A DNA stretch of 63,703 nucleotides, filler included, from an uncultured bacterium (GTDB lineage: Bacteria; DAOPZR01), in assembly GCA_964637655.1 (NCBI GenBank). It is 3 parts of 3 records of this genome, joined end to end, with 100 filler letters (N's around TTAATTAATTAA, not from the genome) between each part and the next. Parts side by side here need not be neighbours in the genome. Positions count along the whole stretch, not along the records: positions 2,396 to 33,417 come from CAZWUZ010000011.1; 2 more parts are not named here. The stretch is one strand, 5' to 3'. The translations under genes and the position numbers were made by a program. How positions within the stretch are numbered: the first letter of the stretch is position 1; each line of letters opens with the position of its first letter. Of this stretch, positions 9,541-19,900 are shown piece after piece. The notes under the pieces were generated by a model, which was not told the DNA's origin, made no database searches, and saw nothing but the letters and a program-made list of their open reading frames with translations.

Positions 9541-10672
9541 ATGATGCGCTACCTTACAGCTGGTGAATCACACGGGCCCGCGCTGACGGGCATTATTGAG
9601 GGGCTCCCCGCAGGGATACCGCTCGAACTGAAACAGATCAATGCCGACCTTGCGCGGCGGCAGGGGGGCTATGGCCGCGGCGGGCGCATGCAGATCGAAA
9701 AGGACACCGCGGATATTCTCTCGGGGGTACGTTTCGGCAAGACGCTGGGGAGCCCGGTGACGGTATTGGTACGCAACCGCGACCATGCCAACTGGGAGAA
9801 GATCATGGGGGCGCACGCGCATCGCACGGACGAGCGCGCGGTCACCTGCCCGCGTCCCGGGCATGCCGATCTCCCCGGCGCGCTCAAATACGGGTTCGAC
9901 GATATCCGCAACGTGCTCGAACGCGCCAGCGCGCGGGAAACCGCGGTGCGGGTCGCGCTCGGCAGCATCGCGAAACAGTTCCTCGCGCGTTTCATGGTGC
10001 ATATCGCGTCACGCACTGTCGCCATCGGCACGGTGGCGACGTCGCGCACGATCACGGACACGGAACGTATCGAGTCCTGCCCGGTGCGCTGTGGTGACAG
10101 CGCTGCAGCGAAGAAGATGATGCGCGCTATCGACGCGGCAAAGAAAAAGGGTGATACGCTGGGCGGGATCATCGAGGTGACGGCGGTCAACCTGCCGGTG
10201 GGGCTCGGCTCGCATGTGCAGTGGGACCGCCGGCTCGACGCCCGCCTGGCCGCGGCGGTTATGGGCGTTCCTGCCATCAAGGGAGTTGAGTTCGGGCTCG
10301 GGTTTGGCGTGGCGGCGCTGCCCGGGTCGAAAGTGCACGACCCTATCATCCGCCAGGGACGGGCGCTGGCCTACGCGGGTAATAATGCCGGGGGCGTGCT
10401 GGGGGATCAGCAGCGGCGCGCCGCTGGTCATTCGTGCGGCGATGAAGCCGATTCCGACGCTGATGCGCCCGCTGCCGACGGTCGACCTGAAAACCGGGAA
10501 GAAGGCCGACGCGGCGCAGGAACGGTCGGACACCTGCGCGGTGCCCGCGGCGGGCGTGGTACTCGAGGCGGTGGTCGCTCTCGAACTGGCGGCACACTTC
10601 ATGGAAAAATTCGGCGGCGATTCGCTGCCGGAGACGCGGCGCAATTTCGAACAGTACCTGGCGACGCTGTGA
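9541..10672 (+). CDS. aroC: Chorismate synthase, split by a frameshift in the G-run at 10401-10405 (assembly error or pseudogene)
   Basis: [43 protein letters not shown] in one frame; [18 protein letters not shown]...ERSD.CAVP in another. Confidence 0.92.
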
Positions 10673-10872
10673 GCGGTTTGCCGGAGCAGCGCGTGCAGCC
10701 GCCCGACGCGGCGGCGAACCTGCGTGCCGCGCTGGAAGTGACGGAACTGGCTCTCGACCTGCGGCGGGCCTGGCTGCAGCAGCAGCATCCGGGACTTTCC
10801 GCTGACGAGGTGACCGGACTCCTCTACCGCGAAATCAGGCAGGCGAAGGAACAGGCATGGAAAACCTGCTGA
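10669..10872 (+). CDS. Small helical protein (67 aa), putative antitoxin partner of the downstream nucleotidyltransferase
   Basis: GTG overlaps aroC stop; [28 protein letters not shown]; 3' end overlaps next gene. Confidence 0.65.
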   Translation: MSGLPEQRVQPPDAAANLRAALEVTELALDLRRAWLQQQHPGLSADEVTGLLYREIRQAKEQAWKTC

Positions 10873-11372
10873 CTGAGACACTCTACGCTACGGTCGACCT
10901 GCTGGAACGCTACCAGTACCGCTACGCACTGGCCGGTGGTCTGGCGGTCAGCATGCTGGCGGCACCGCGGGCGACGGTGGATATTGACCTCTGCGTCATG
11001 CTGACCACGGAGGAATTCCCGCTGCTGTTCGACCGGCTGCGAACGATGCTGCCGGGGCTGTTTATCCATCCGCAGCCCATGCATTTTGCGCAGGTGGACA
11101 TCCACCGTGTCGTGCATCTTGCCACGCCGCGCGAACTGATCATCGATTTCATCGTGCCGCATGACCGGGCATTCACAGAGAGCGCCATGCAGCGGCGGCT
11201 GATGGTTACCTTCGCCGGGCGGACGCTCCCGGTGCTGACGCCTGAGGATTTGGTGGTGCTCAAAACCTGGGCCGGTCGGACGCAGGACCTGCTCGATATC
11301 GCCGCGCTCAGGCACAGCAGCGGCGACGGATTTGACGGCGGCTATCTGCGCCGGTGGGGAATTAACGGCTGA
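10857..11372 (+). CDS. Pol-beta-superfamily nucleotidyltransferase (AbiEii/DUF6036-like), putative toxin
   Basis: YALAGGLAV....PRAT.DIDL and PEDL..LK...GR.QD..DI motifs. Confidence 0.8.
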   Translation: MENLLTETLYATVDLLERYQYRYALAGGLAVSMLAAPRATVDIDLCVMLTTEEFPLLFDRLRTMLPGLFIHPQPMHFAQVDIHRVVHLATPRELIIDFIVPHDRAFTESAMQRRLMVTFAGRTLPVLTPEDLVVLKTWAGRTQDLLDIAALRHSSGDGFDGGYLRRWGING

Positions 11373-11385
11373 GCAACGCAGGCCG

Positions 11386-11414
11386 TTGACATGGTGACAA
11401 CGGTAAATTACTAT
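11386..11414 (+). promoter_or_regulatory. Sigma70-type promoter for the aldehyde dehydrogenase
   Basis: TTGACA-17 nt-TACTAT. Confidence 0.65.
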
Positions 11415-11441
11415 CAGTGTCCGGAAGATGGGGAGAAGAAC

Positions 11442-12869
11442 ATGATCAGCGAACGCGAAATCAAGAAGGTGGTCGAACAGGTGGTGGCGGAGGTGGCGCG
11501 CGGCAGCAAGCCGGGCGCGGCGCCGGCCGCCGGCGGCGGCGACGGGGTCTTTGCCGACATGGAGCAGGCCATCGCCGCGGCGAAAGAGGCGCAGCCGCGC
11601 CTGCTGGCGCTCGGCCTGGAGAAGCGCAAAACGCTGATCGCGGCCATCCGCCAGACGGCGCTCGACCATGCCGAACTGCTCGGGCGCGAGGCGGTGCAGG
11701 AGACCGGGCTGGGGAAGATGCCCGACAAGATGCTGAAGATCCGCCTCGCGGCGACCAAGACGCCGGGCGTCGAGGACATCGAACCCTACGCGTTTTCCGG
11801 AGATGACGGCATGACGCTCGTCGAACGCGCCCCGTTCGGCGTCGTCGGGGTTATCACCCCGTCAACCAACCCGGCGGAGACGGTGCTCAACAACGGCATC
11901 GGGCTTATCGCTGCGGGAAATACCGCGGTCTATAATTTCCATCCCGGGGCGAAACGCGTTTCGGCGAAAACGGTGCAGCTGATGAATCGCGCCATGGTCG
12001 CGGCCGGCGGCCCGCCCAACGTCGTCACCTGCATTCCTGAGCCGACGCAGGAGAGCGCTTCGGCGCTGATGCAGCACAAGGCCATCCGCATGATGCTCGT
12101 CACGGGCGGCGGCGACGTGGTCAAACTGGCGCTGCGCAGCGGCAAGCGCTGTATCTGCGGCGGTCCGGGTAATCCGCCGGTGGTGGTGGACGAGACGGCG
12201 GATATTCCCGTCGCGGCAAAACATATTGTCGACGGGGCGTCGTTCGACCACAACGTGCTCTGCATCGCGGAAAAAGAGGTCTTTGTCGTCGATGAAGTTG
12301 CCGACCAGCTGCTGCGCGAGATGCAGAACCACGGAGCGCAGCTGCTCACGGCGTCGCAGACGGCGAATGCGGTGCGCGCTATTGTCACGAAGGACCCGAC
12401 GGGGAGCGGGGTGCGCCATCCCGTGGTGAGCAAGCAGTTCGTTGGCAAGTCGGTCGAGGTCATCGGCGCCGGCATCGGGGTGAAGCCGAAGCCCGGCACG
12501 CGCCTGTTCATCTGCGATGTCAAGTGGGACCATGTCTTCGTTATGGCCGAGCAGCTGATGCCGCTGCTGCCGATCGTCCGCTGCCGCGACGTGGCCCAGG
12601 CGATGGACTACGCGCTCAAGGCGGAGCAGGGGAACGGGCACACCTTTATGATGCACTCGCGCAGCGTCGAGAACCTGAGCCGCATGGCGCAACTCTGCAA
12701 CGCCTCGATTTTCGTCAAGAACGGCCCGAGCTATGCCGGGCTTGGTTTCGGCGGCGAGGGGTTTACCACGCTGACCATCGCCTCGCCGACAGGCGACGGC
12801 CTGACGCGCGCCCGCACCTTCACCCGCGAGCGTCGTTGCGTGCTCAAAGATTATTTCCGGATTGTCTGA
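11442..12869 (+). CDS. CoA-acylating aldehyde dehydrogenase, EutE/PduP family, with N-terminal BMC encapsulation-like peptide
   Basis: PFGVVGVITPSTNP, VTGG, GPGNPPVVVDETAD, catalytic LCIAEKE, EQLMP, GEGFTT.TIA.PTG.GLT..RTFTR.RRC; N-terminal ISEREIKKVVEQVVAEV. Confidence 0.9.
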   Translation: MISEREIKKVVEQVVAEVARGSKPGAAPAAGGGDGVFADMEQAIAAAKEAQPRLLALGLEKRKTLIAAIRQTALDHAELLGREAVQETGLGKMPDKMLKIRLAATKTPGVEDIEPYAFSGDDGMTLVERAPFGVVGVITPSTNPAETVLNNGIGLIAAGNTAVYNFHPGAKRVSAKTVQLMNRAMVAAGGPPNVVTCIPEPTQESASALMQHKAIRMMLVTGGGDVVKLALRSGKRCICGGPGNPPVVVDETADIPVAAKHIVDGASFDHNVLCIAEKEVFVVDEVADQLLREMQNHGAQLLTASQTANAVRAIVTKDPTGSGVRHPVVSKQFVGKSVEVIGAGIGVKPKPGTRLFICDVKWDHVFVMAEQLMPLLPIVRCRDVAQAMDYALKAEQGNGHTFMMHSRSVENLSRMAQLCNASIFVKNGPSYAGLGFGGEGFTTLTIASPTGDGLTRARTFTRERRCVLKDYFRIV

Positions 12870-12911
12870 ACGTGTTGCACATGCACCTGATGACTTGCAC
12901 GGGGGATACGC

Positions 12912-13751
12912 ATGGGACGGCCGCCGCGGGTTGATGTCGAGGGGGAATGGTACCATGTCATCGCCCGTGGCAACGGGCGTCAGACGGTTTTTCACGAAGA
13001 GGCTGACTTCCGGCGGTATCTCGAAGAACTGAGCAAACGGGTGCAGCGCACGCAGGCGTCACTGGGTGCGTACACACTGATGCCTAACCATGTCCACCTG
13101 CTGCTGCAGCGCGGCAGCGATGAACTCGCGGTGCTGATGCACGACCTGCAGAATACCTACGGCCACTGGCATAACTGGAAATATGCGCGTACCGGGCATG
13201 TGTTTGAACAGCGCTACTGGGCAGCCCGCATGACCGACGACGAGTATCTCTGCAATGCGGTGCGTTATATTCATCAGAACGCGCTTCGGGCTAAACTGGT
13301 GGCAGAGGTGGAACGCTATCCCTGGCACAGCGACGGGTGGTATCGCCGGGGCGACAATAACGGCGTGCCGCTGGTTTCTGTTCCCGGCTTCGCGGGTCGC
13401 GCCGGGCGGAATCGCTACTGCGCGCTTATCGACGTGCCGGTGCCGCCGGAAACCATGCAGTTGCCGGAGCGCGATCCGGGTGGTATTGAGCGTCGCAAGC
13501 AGGGAAGAAAAGGAGACAATACCCGTGAGCGTCGCGGCCGTCCGCCCATACGGGAAGCGGCAGCGGCTTTTGCCGACAACAATCTCCCCCTGGTGAAGGT
13601 TGAAGATCTTCTGTCGCGGAAGCGCAAGTACGTCAGGTCCCGCCATGCGCTCATCAGGCAACTCTCGCAGGAAGGGTATCGGCCGGTACATATTGCCGGA
13701 CTGCTTGGCATCACCACGTCAGCCGTGTTCAAAGTGCTGAACCCTCCTTAG
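12912..13751 (+). mobile_element. REP-associated tyrosine transposase (RAYT; IS200/Y1 HUH family) with C-terminal HTH
   Basis: M.R.PR...YHV.ARGN.RQ.VF, YTLMPNHVHLL (HUH), GHVFEQRY, YIH.N, YPW.S; C-terminal IA.LLGIT.SAV. Confidence 0.9.
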
Positions 13752-13770
13752 CGTAAAACACCCAAAAGTA

Positions 13771-13806
13771 TCCCGTAATTCCGTTAGTTGAGTGCCTGGC
13801 ACCGGA
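13771..13806 (-). repeat. Right copy of the 36-bp inverted repeat (palindrome GTGCCTGGCAC), 20 nt after the transposase stop
   Basis: Reverse complement of 9463-9498 with one mismatch; TAAT lies immediately outside both copies. Confidence 0.93.
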
Positions 13807-13825
13807 TAATGTTACCTTTTTTACA

Positions 13826-13854
13826 TGGCCAGGGGGCTGTTTTTCCCCTATACT
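13826..13854 (+). promoter_or_regulatory. Candidate sigma70 promoter for giant protein A
   Basis: TGGCCA-17 nt-TATACT upstream of GGAGG RBS and ATG 13902. Confidence 0.5.
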
Positions 13855-13901
13855 AACTATATGGGCGTTGCCCAGGAACACGCTGGGGCGGGGGAGGGAT
13901 T

Positions 13902-16900
13902 ATGATGCGCATGGTGATAGCCGGGCTGGTGCTGCTGGCGCTGGCGGTGCCGGCATATGCCGGGGTGGATATCGCGGTACAGTCCTACAACATCTCGCTG
14001 ATGAGCAGCAATCCGCAGCGGATGTACAACGAGATTTTCGAGAACGAATACGGCGAGTTCAAGATCGACCTCGTCAACTACGGTTCGAGCCACGCGTACA
14101 ATGTCGCGGTCGGGTTCTATGTCGACGGGGCGCAGGTGGGTGATACGCAATACGGATTCGAGGTCCCTGCGTACGGGCGCAAACTTGCCGGCTCGCAGCT
14201 GGTCTGGAACACCGCCGGGCTGGGCGGGCAGAACAAGACGGTCACCGTCATCGCGTACTATAACGGCGACAGTAACGGCGGCAATAACAGCGATAACCGC
14301 TCGTTCTACGTGCAGCAGGGTGGCGCAACGGGGAATATCACCGGGCGCGTCTTCAACCGCATGGGGCAGCCGCTGACGGGCGTGCGGGTCATCGCGCGCA
14401 ACTACAATTACGGCTGGGACGCGATGAGCACCCCGAGCAGCGACACGGGGTTCTATCTCATCAGCGGCATGGAACCCGGCACACGCTTTCTCGTCGTCGA
14501 TGCGGCCCCCTACACCATCGCCTGGCGCACGGGGGTGGTGGTCAGCGGCAACCAGACCACGGCGAACATCGACTTCTACCTTGACAGCAGTCCGGCGACC
14601 AGCGGCGCGCTGCAAGTTTCGGTGCAGGGCCAGTACGGTGATCCGGTCGATCTGCATGACACTTACGGGCGGTCGTGGATCAACAACGGGGTGTCACTGC
14701 ACGCGACGTATGTCGACCCGGCCACCAACGAAGAGGAGTGGATGCAACTGGCTTTCGCGAACCCGGCTGACGGCATCTGCTACTTTCCCCGTCTCCCGGC
14801 CGGGAGCAAACTCATCGCCGGCCTGTGGCAGCCGAAACTGACGGCGTCCCTGCAGGACCATTCCTCGGAGCGCATCCCCGACATCGTCGTCCCGGCCAAC
14901 GACACGCTGGTACTGGCGCCCATCATCACCTACCCGGCGGGGAGTATCAGGGGTATCGTCACCGACGCGGTCACCGGCGCCCCGCTCGCCAATATCGGGG
15001 TCTATGCCACCCCGATGCAGGGGAGCAAAACGCTCGACGAACTCTCGACGGGCGGCACCACCGACAGCCGCGGCTACTACACGATGACCTACCTGCGCCC
15101 CGGTACCTACCGGGTGCAGTACGAATCGAAGGAGACCCCGGGGTACACCAAGTGCGCGCGCTACGGCATCATCGTCGAGAGCGGCGGCGGGCAGGCGACC
15201 TGCAACCTCGCGCTGCAGCCGGGCGCCGAGGTCTACGGCACGGTGCCCGACATCCAGAAACTGATGGCGCTGACCGGATTTTTCCCCGGCCCGAACCGCG
15301 GCCTGGGCATCGTCGCCGCCAACCGCCTGACCGCGGACAGTTTCCCGGTGCTGCTCAACAACCTCGGCAACTACGCGCTCGACGAACTGGTGGTCAAGGC
15401 GTTTGCCGAACAGTTCAACCTGCAGACCGGCGAGTTTTCCTTTGCCTATTCCTACCCGGCGACGGGCACCTACAACCTGGTGCCGGCGATGTGGTGGGAT
15501 GAGGCGAACGGTGCAATGACCATCTCCACGTTCGGCGGGCAGGCGCAGGTGAGCCCGGGGGCGGGCAACGAGACGGGGCCGGTGACGCTGGCGGTGAGCA
15601 CGTCGCTCGGACGGATTACCGGCAGCATCACCCCGACGACAGTGCCGGCGGGCGACGTGGTGATCTGGGCGATTCCGACCAACCGCAGCATCGCGCTGGC
15701 GGGTTTTGCCAATCCCGGGTACGATCCGGCGACGGGACGCATCACCTACACGCTCCCCTTTGTCGCGGTCGGCACCTACGACGTCTACGCGGTCTGCGCG
15801 GGCTACGACAGCATCGTCGCGCGCAATGTGCAGGTGTCGCAGGGGGCGACCCGCACGCTCGATTTCGCTTTTGCGGCTGACACGGTGAAGCCGGCAGGGC
15901 CCACTCCGGCCCCCGACGGGCCCGTCACGCTCAACCTCGAGGAAATGGGTCTGGAGATCAACCTTGTGGCGCCCGCGGATAATGACGTGCGCGAGTACCG
16001 CATTTACCGCACGCTTGGGGCGGATGTGCAGGGCAACTATGCGTATATCGGGTTCGCCCCGGCGGGGATGCTCACCTATGTCGATGACGACGTCGAGACG
16101 ACAGGCGTCACCTATCGCTATCGCATCACTTCGGTCGATTATGCCGGCAACGAAACGCTGTGGGGGAGCACGTCGCTCTGGAGTTTCTCCATACTTGGCG
16201 CTCCCCTGAACCTGACGGCGCCGGTGGGCGGAGCGCAGGTGACCGTCACCAGCCAGAACCAGATCACCTTCACGTGGAACAGCGTGGCGTTGGTGGACAC
16301 CTACGCGCTGCAGCTGTCGCGCTACCCGTCGGGTGAGGACGTCTGGGAATACGAAACGACGGCCCTGAGCGCGACCTATACCGGCTCCGACCTGACCGCG
16401 AACAACAGCTATGAATGGGTGGTCGAGGCCTACAACAGCGCCATGACGCAGGGGATTGTGTCGTCGACCGAGACCTTCACCTGGCGTCCCGCCTATCAGG
16501 GCGCCGTCACGGGAGTGGTTACTAACAGCATCGCCCAGACTGTATCCGGGGCGTCTGTGCGATTGGTTAAAAGCGACGGTTTTGAACTTATGACTTCTAC
16601 CGATTCAGCCGGACAGTACTACTTCGGGGCACTCCCGCCTTTCACCACAGGTCTTTTCCCAGGCGAGTATGTTGTCGTGGTGGACCCGCCGTTCTTCAAT
16701 GTCGGCACCGAGATTTCGCCGGTGTTTACTGTTGCTTCTGGAACAGCGACGCAGAACGTGCAGTTTTCCCCGCCTGGAATCGGCAAAATTACCGGCTATG
16801 TGAGTACGGTTGATGGCAGCCAACTGCAATACGTGAGTGTCAGAGCGATGCGCTACGTAAGTGATTTTGGTGATTTTGGGAGGTGGGTCGATGTGAAGTC

Positions 16901-19900
16901 CGGTATGACCAGCGAAACCGGCTACTTCGTCATCGAGCGTCTGCGCGCGGCTCAAACCTACGGCATTTCTGTTTTCAGTTACAACAACGGTGCCTACAGT
17001 GACAAGTGGGTGCCCGACGTGCCCACGGCCCTTTCCCCCACGCCCATCCAGATTGTGCTTGAATCGGGCATCCCGGTCAGCGGCCTCGTTACTGATGCGC
17101 TTACCGGCGACCCGGTTGCCAATGCTTCCGTGTCGTTCGAGGGTGATAATTTCGGGCGTAGCGTGGCGACCAGCCCCTGGGGCAGCTACCTCGTCAACCT
17201 CGTACCGGGCGAATATGACGTGGTCGTGCGCGGCAGCAGCATCACTGGCGACATCCAGTATGGCAACGCGCGGCTGACTGGCCAGAAAATCAGCAGCGGC
17301 AGCCAGATTGTCAATATCCGCCTGCCGCGCGGCGGCAGTGTCAGCGGCACGGTCGACACCTCCGCCGCAGGCACGCTGCACGGCTCGCTCATGGTGGTCG
17401 CCTTCCCTGCCGGCACGGTGCTCTCCCCGGATGACCTGTTCAACGATAACCTCGAACCGGCAGGCGAAGGCCAGGTGCAGGCGGGGGGCGCGTACAGCGT
17501 GACGAATCTCGCCAGCGGCAGTTATGACCTCTATCCCATTCTCTACAGCTCCACCCCGCACTATGACCAGGGGGAAGAGACCGAGACCATCGTCGGGCTG
17601 ATGCCGCCGCTGACCGCGGTTGCCGTCACCGCCGCGACGACAGTGACCGGCAAAAACTTCACGCTGCCCGCCAACGGACGCACCATCAGCGGCGGATTGC
17701 TCGCCGGCGGCCCGGCCATCGATCTCGGCGAAGGGGAAATGGCGGCAGTGGTTTTCACGCGCATGGACGGTTCTTTCCAGGCGTCGGCGTCGCTGGAGAA
17801 CCTCTACGCCTTCACGGAGCGGGCGTTCCGTTTCACCGGCATTCCCGAAGGCACCTATCGCGTGCTTGGCTATGCCGACGGCTACGATACGCTGTCATAC
17901 GCTATTACCGTCAGCGGCGATTCAGCGGGCTGCAATCTTGATTTCAGTGCGGACAATACGGCGCCAACGGCCCCGGCATGGAAAACGCCGGCCATCGTGC
18001 CCGCCTTCAGCGAGCAGCAGGAGATGACGCTGCATTGGACGGCGGATGGCGATGCCGACCGCTATGGCGTCTACCGCCGTCTCGGCGGCAGCGGTGCGTT
18101 CACGAAATTGACCGATAACGGGCGTCCGCAGGTGAGCGGCGACACCGCGACGTTCAGCGATGTCATCCCGACGGTGGACACCTACAGCTATTACCTCGTC
18201 GCGTACGACCTGGCGGGGAATGCGGAGACCGGCAGCGTGCAGTACCTGCGCCCGCTGGCCAAGGCCTTCTCCACGGCGGACACCACCATTCTCCCCGACA
18301 CGTCGATCCCGCTGACCACCTTCACCCCGACCTTCACCTGGAACACGGTGCCCGGGGCGACCTCCTATAATCTCTACCTGCGCACTGACAAGGGGGCGCT
18401 GCACACGTTCACGGGACTGACGGCGACGAGCAGGGCCTACCCGGCGGACACCTCGGTGCCGAAACTCTATCCCGGGCGCGTCTATTACTGGGCGGTTGAA
18501 GCGCAGGGCGGCAACGGGGCCCTGTCGCGCACCGGCTACCGCATGTTCTCCATTCTCAGCGGGCTGACCCCACCCAAGATCGAGCATCAGCGTATTCTCT
18601 CCGCGGTACCCGGGGTGAGTATCCCGGTCAACGCGTCGGTCTACGCGCCGGGCGGCGTGAATACTGTCACGTTGCAGTATGGCACCGCGTCGGGCTACGT
18701 GCTGACGACGATGACGGCAGACACCACCATGGTCGGCAGCTACCGCGCCACCATACCGGGCACCTACATCACGGCGGGGATGCAGGGGTTCTACTACCGC
18801 ATCGCCGCGGTGGCACCGGGCGGCGCAACGCTGCTCCCCGCGGGCAATCCCGCGACCTGGAGCACGGGCGAGGCCTACTACGTGCCGGTGAGCAACGCGG
18901 TGACGGTCGACGGCTACGTCTACCTTTCGGGCTCGCGCTACCCGGTGCCGCAGGCGCAGCTCTGGGTACGCTCGATGAACAACGGACCCATTCCCGTCTA
19001 CGTGACGAGCGACGCGAGCGGTCATTTCTCGGCCACGCTCCCCTATGGTGACACCTACTACCTGATGGCGCAGAAGCACGGCTATGCCCCGACCATGCCG
19101 ATGGTGCTCGACAACGGCGAACTGGCCATGCAGTACGGGGTGGAACTGCCGCTGCAGCCGGGGAGCGAACTCCCCGCCGCCGGCGCGCTTACCTGCTATC
19201 TCGACGATTCACCGGCGCTGCTGGCGTCCTGCGGCTGGGCGGCAGGGATGGTGCATGACGATTTCGGCAACCCGGTGGCCGGTGCGGTCATCGTTGCCGA
19301 CCGGCCCGACACCCCGTGGTACGTCATGGCTGATGTCGGGGTCGGGGTCAGTGACGCGGCGGGGCGCTATGTCATCCCCAACCTGAACGCGGCGGACAGT
19401 TTCTCGCTCTTCGCGGAACTGACCGATAACGGGCAGGCGATCATGCGCGGGCTGCTCTTCAGCCCGACGCAACCCGCCGCGCCCGACACCTTCATGGTGA
19501 TCGCGACGCAGCAGCTCAACGTGCGCGCGCTGCCGATGAGCGCGCGCTATGCTGATGACCAGTACCCGATAGTGATTGGCGCAGTGGACAGCGGCACGTA
19601 CGGCGTGACGGTGCGGGTCAGCGAGGAACTTGCCGGCTCGGTGTACGATATCCGCCGCTATGCGCTGTACGAGACGAACCCGGTGTCAGCGACCGATACC
19701 CCGGTGGCGCTGATGCGGGTCGATTACCGCCAGCAGGATGGCGCGTACCTGATTGCCGTGCAGGCGCAGCAGTCGCTGCGCACGGGCGCGCTGCACCGCC
19801 TGCGCCTGACCGGCCTGAGTGACTGGGCGGGGAACACCATGCCCGATACGGAAGTGTACTTCGCGTTTGACGGGTCGCTCGATGTGGTCGCACCGCGCCT

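Noticed and set aside
10406-10872. Apparent 446-aa AroC with a novel C-terminal extension
   Set aside because: Product of the frameshift, fusing out-of-frame sequence with the separate small downstream gene
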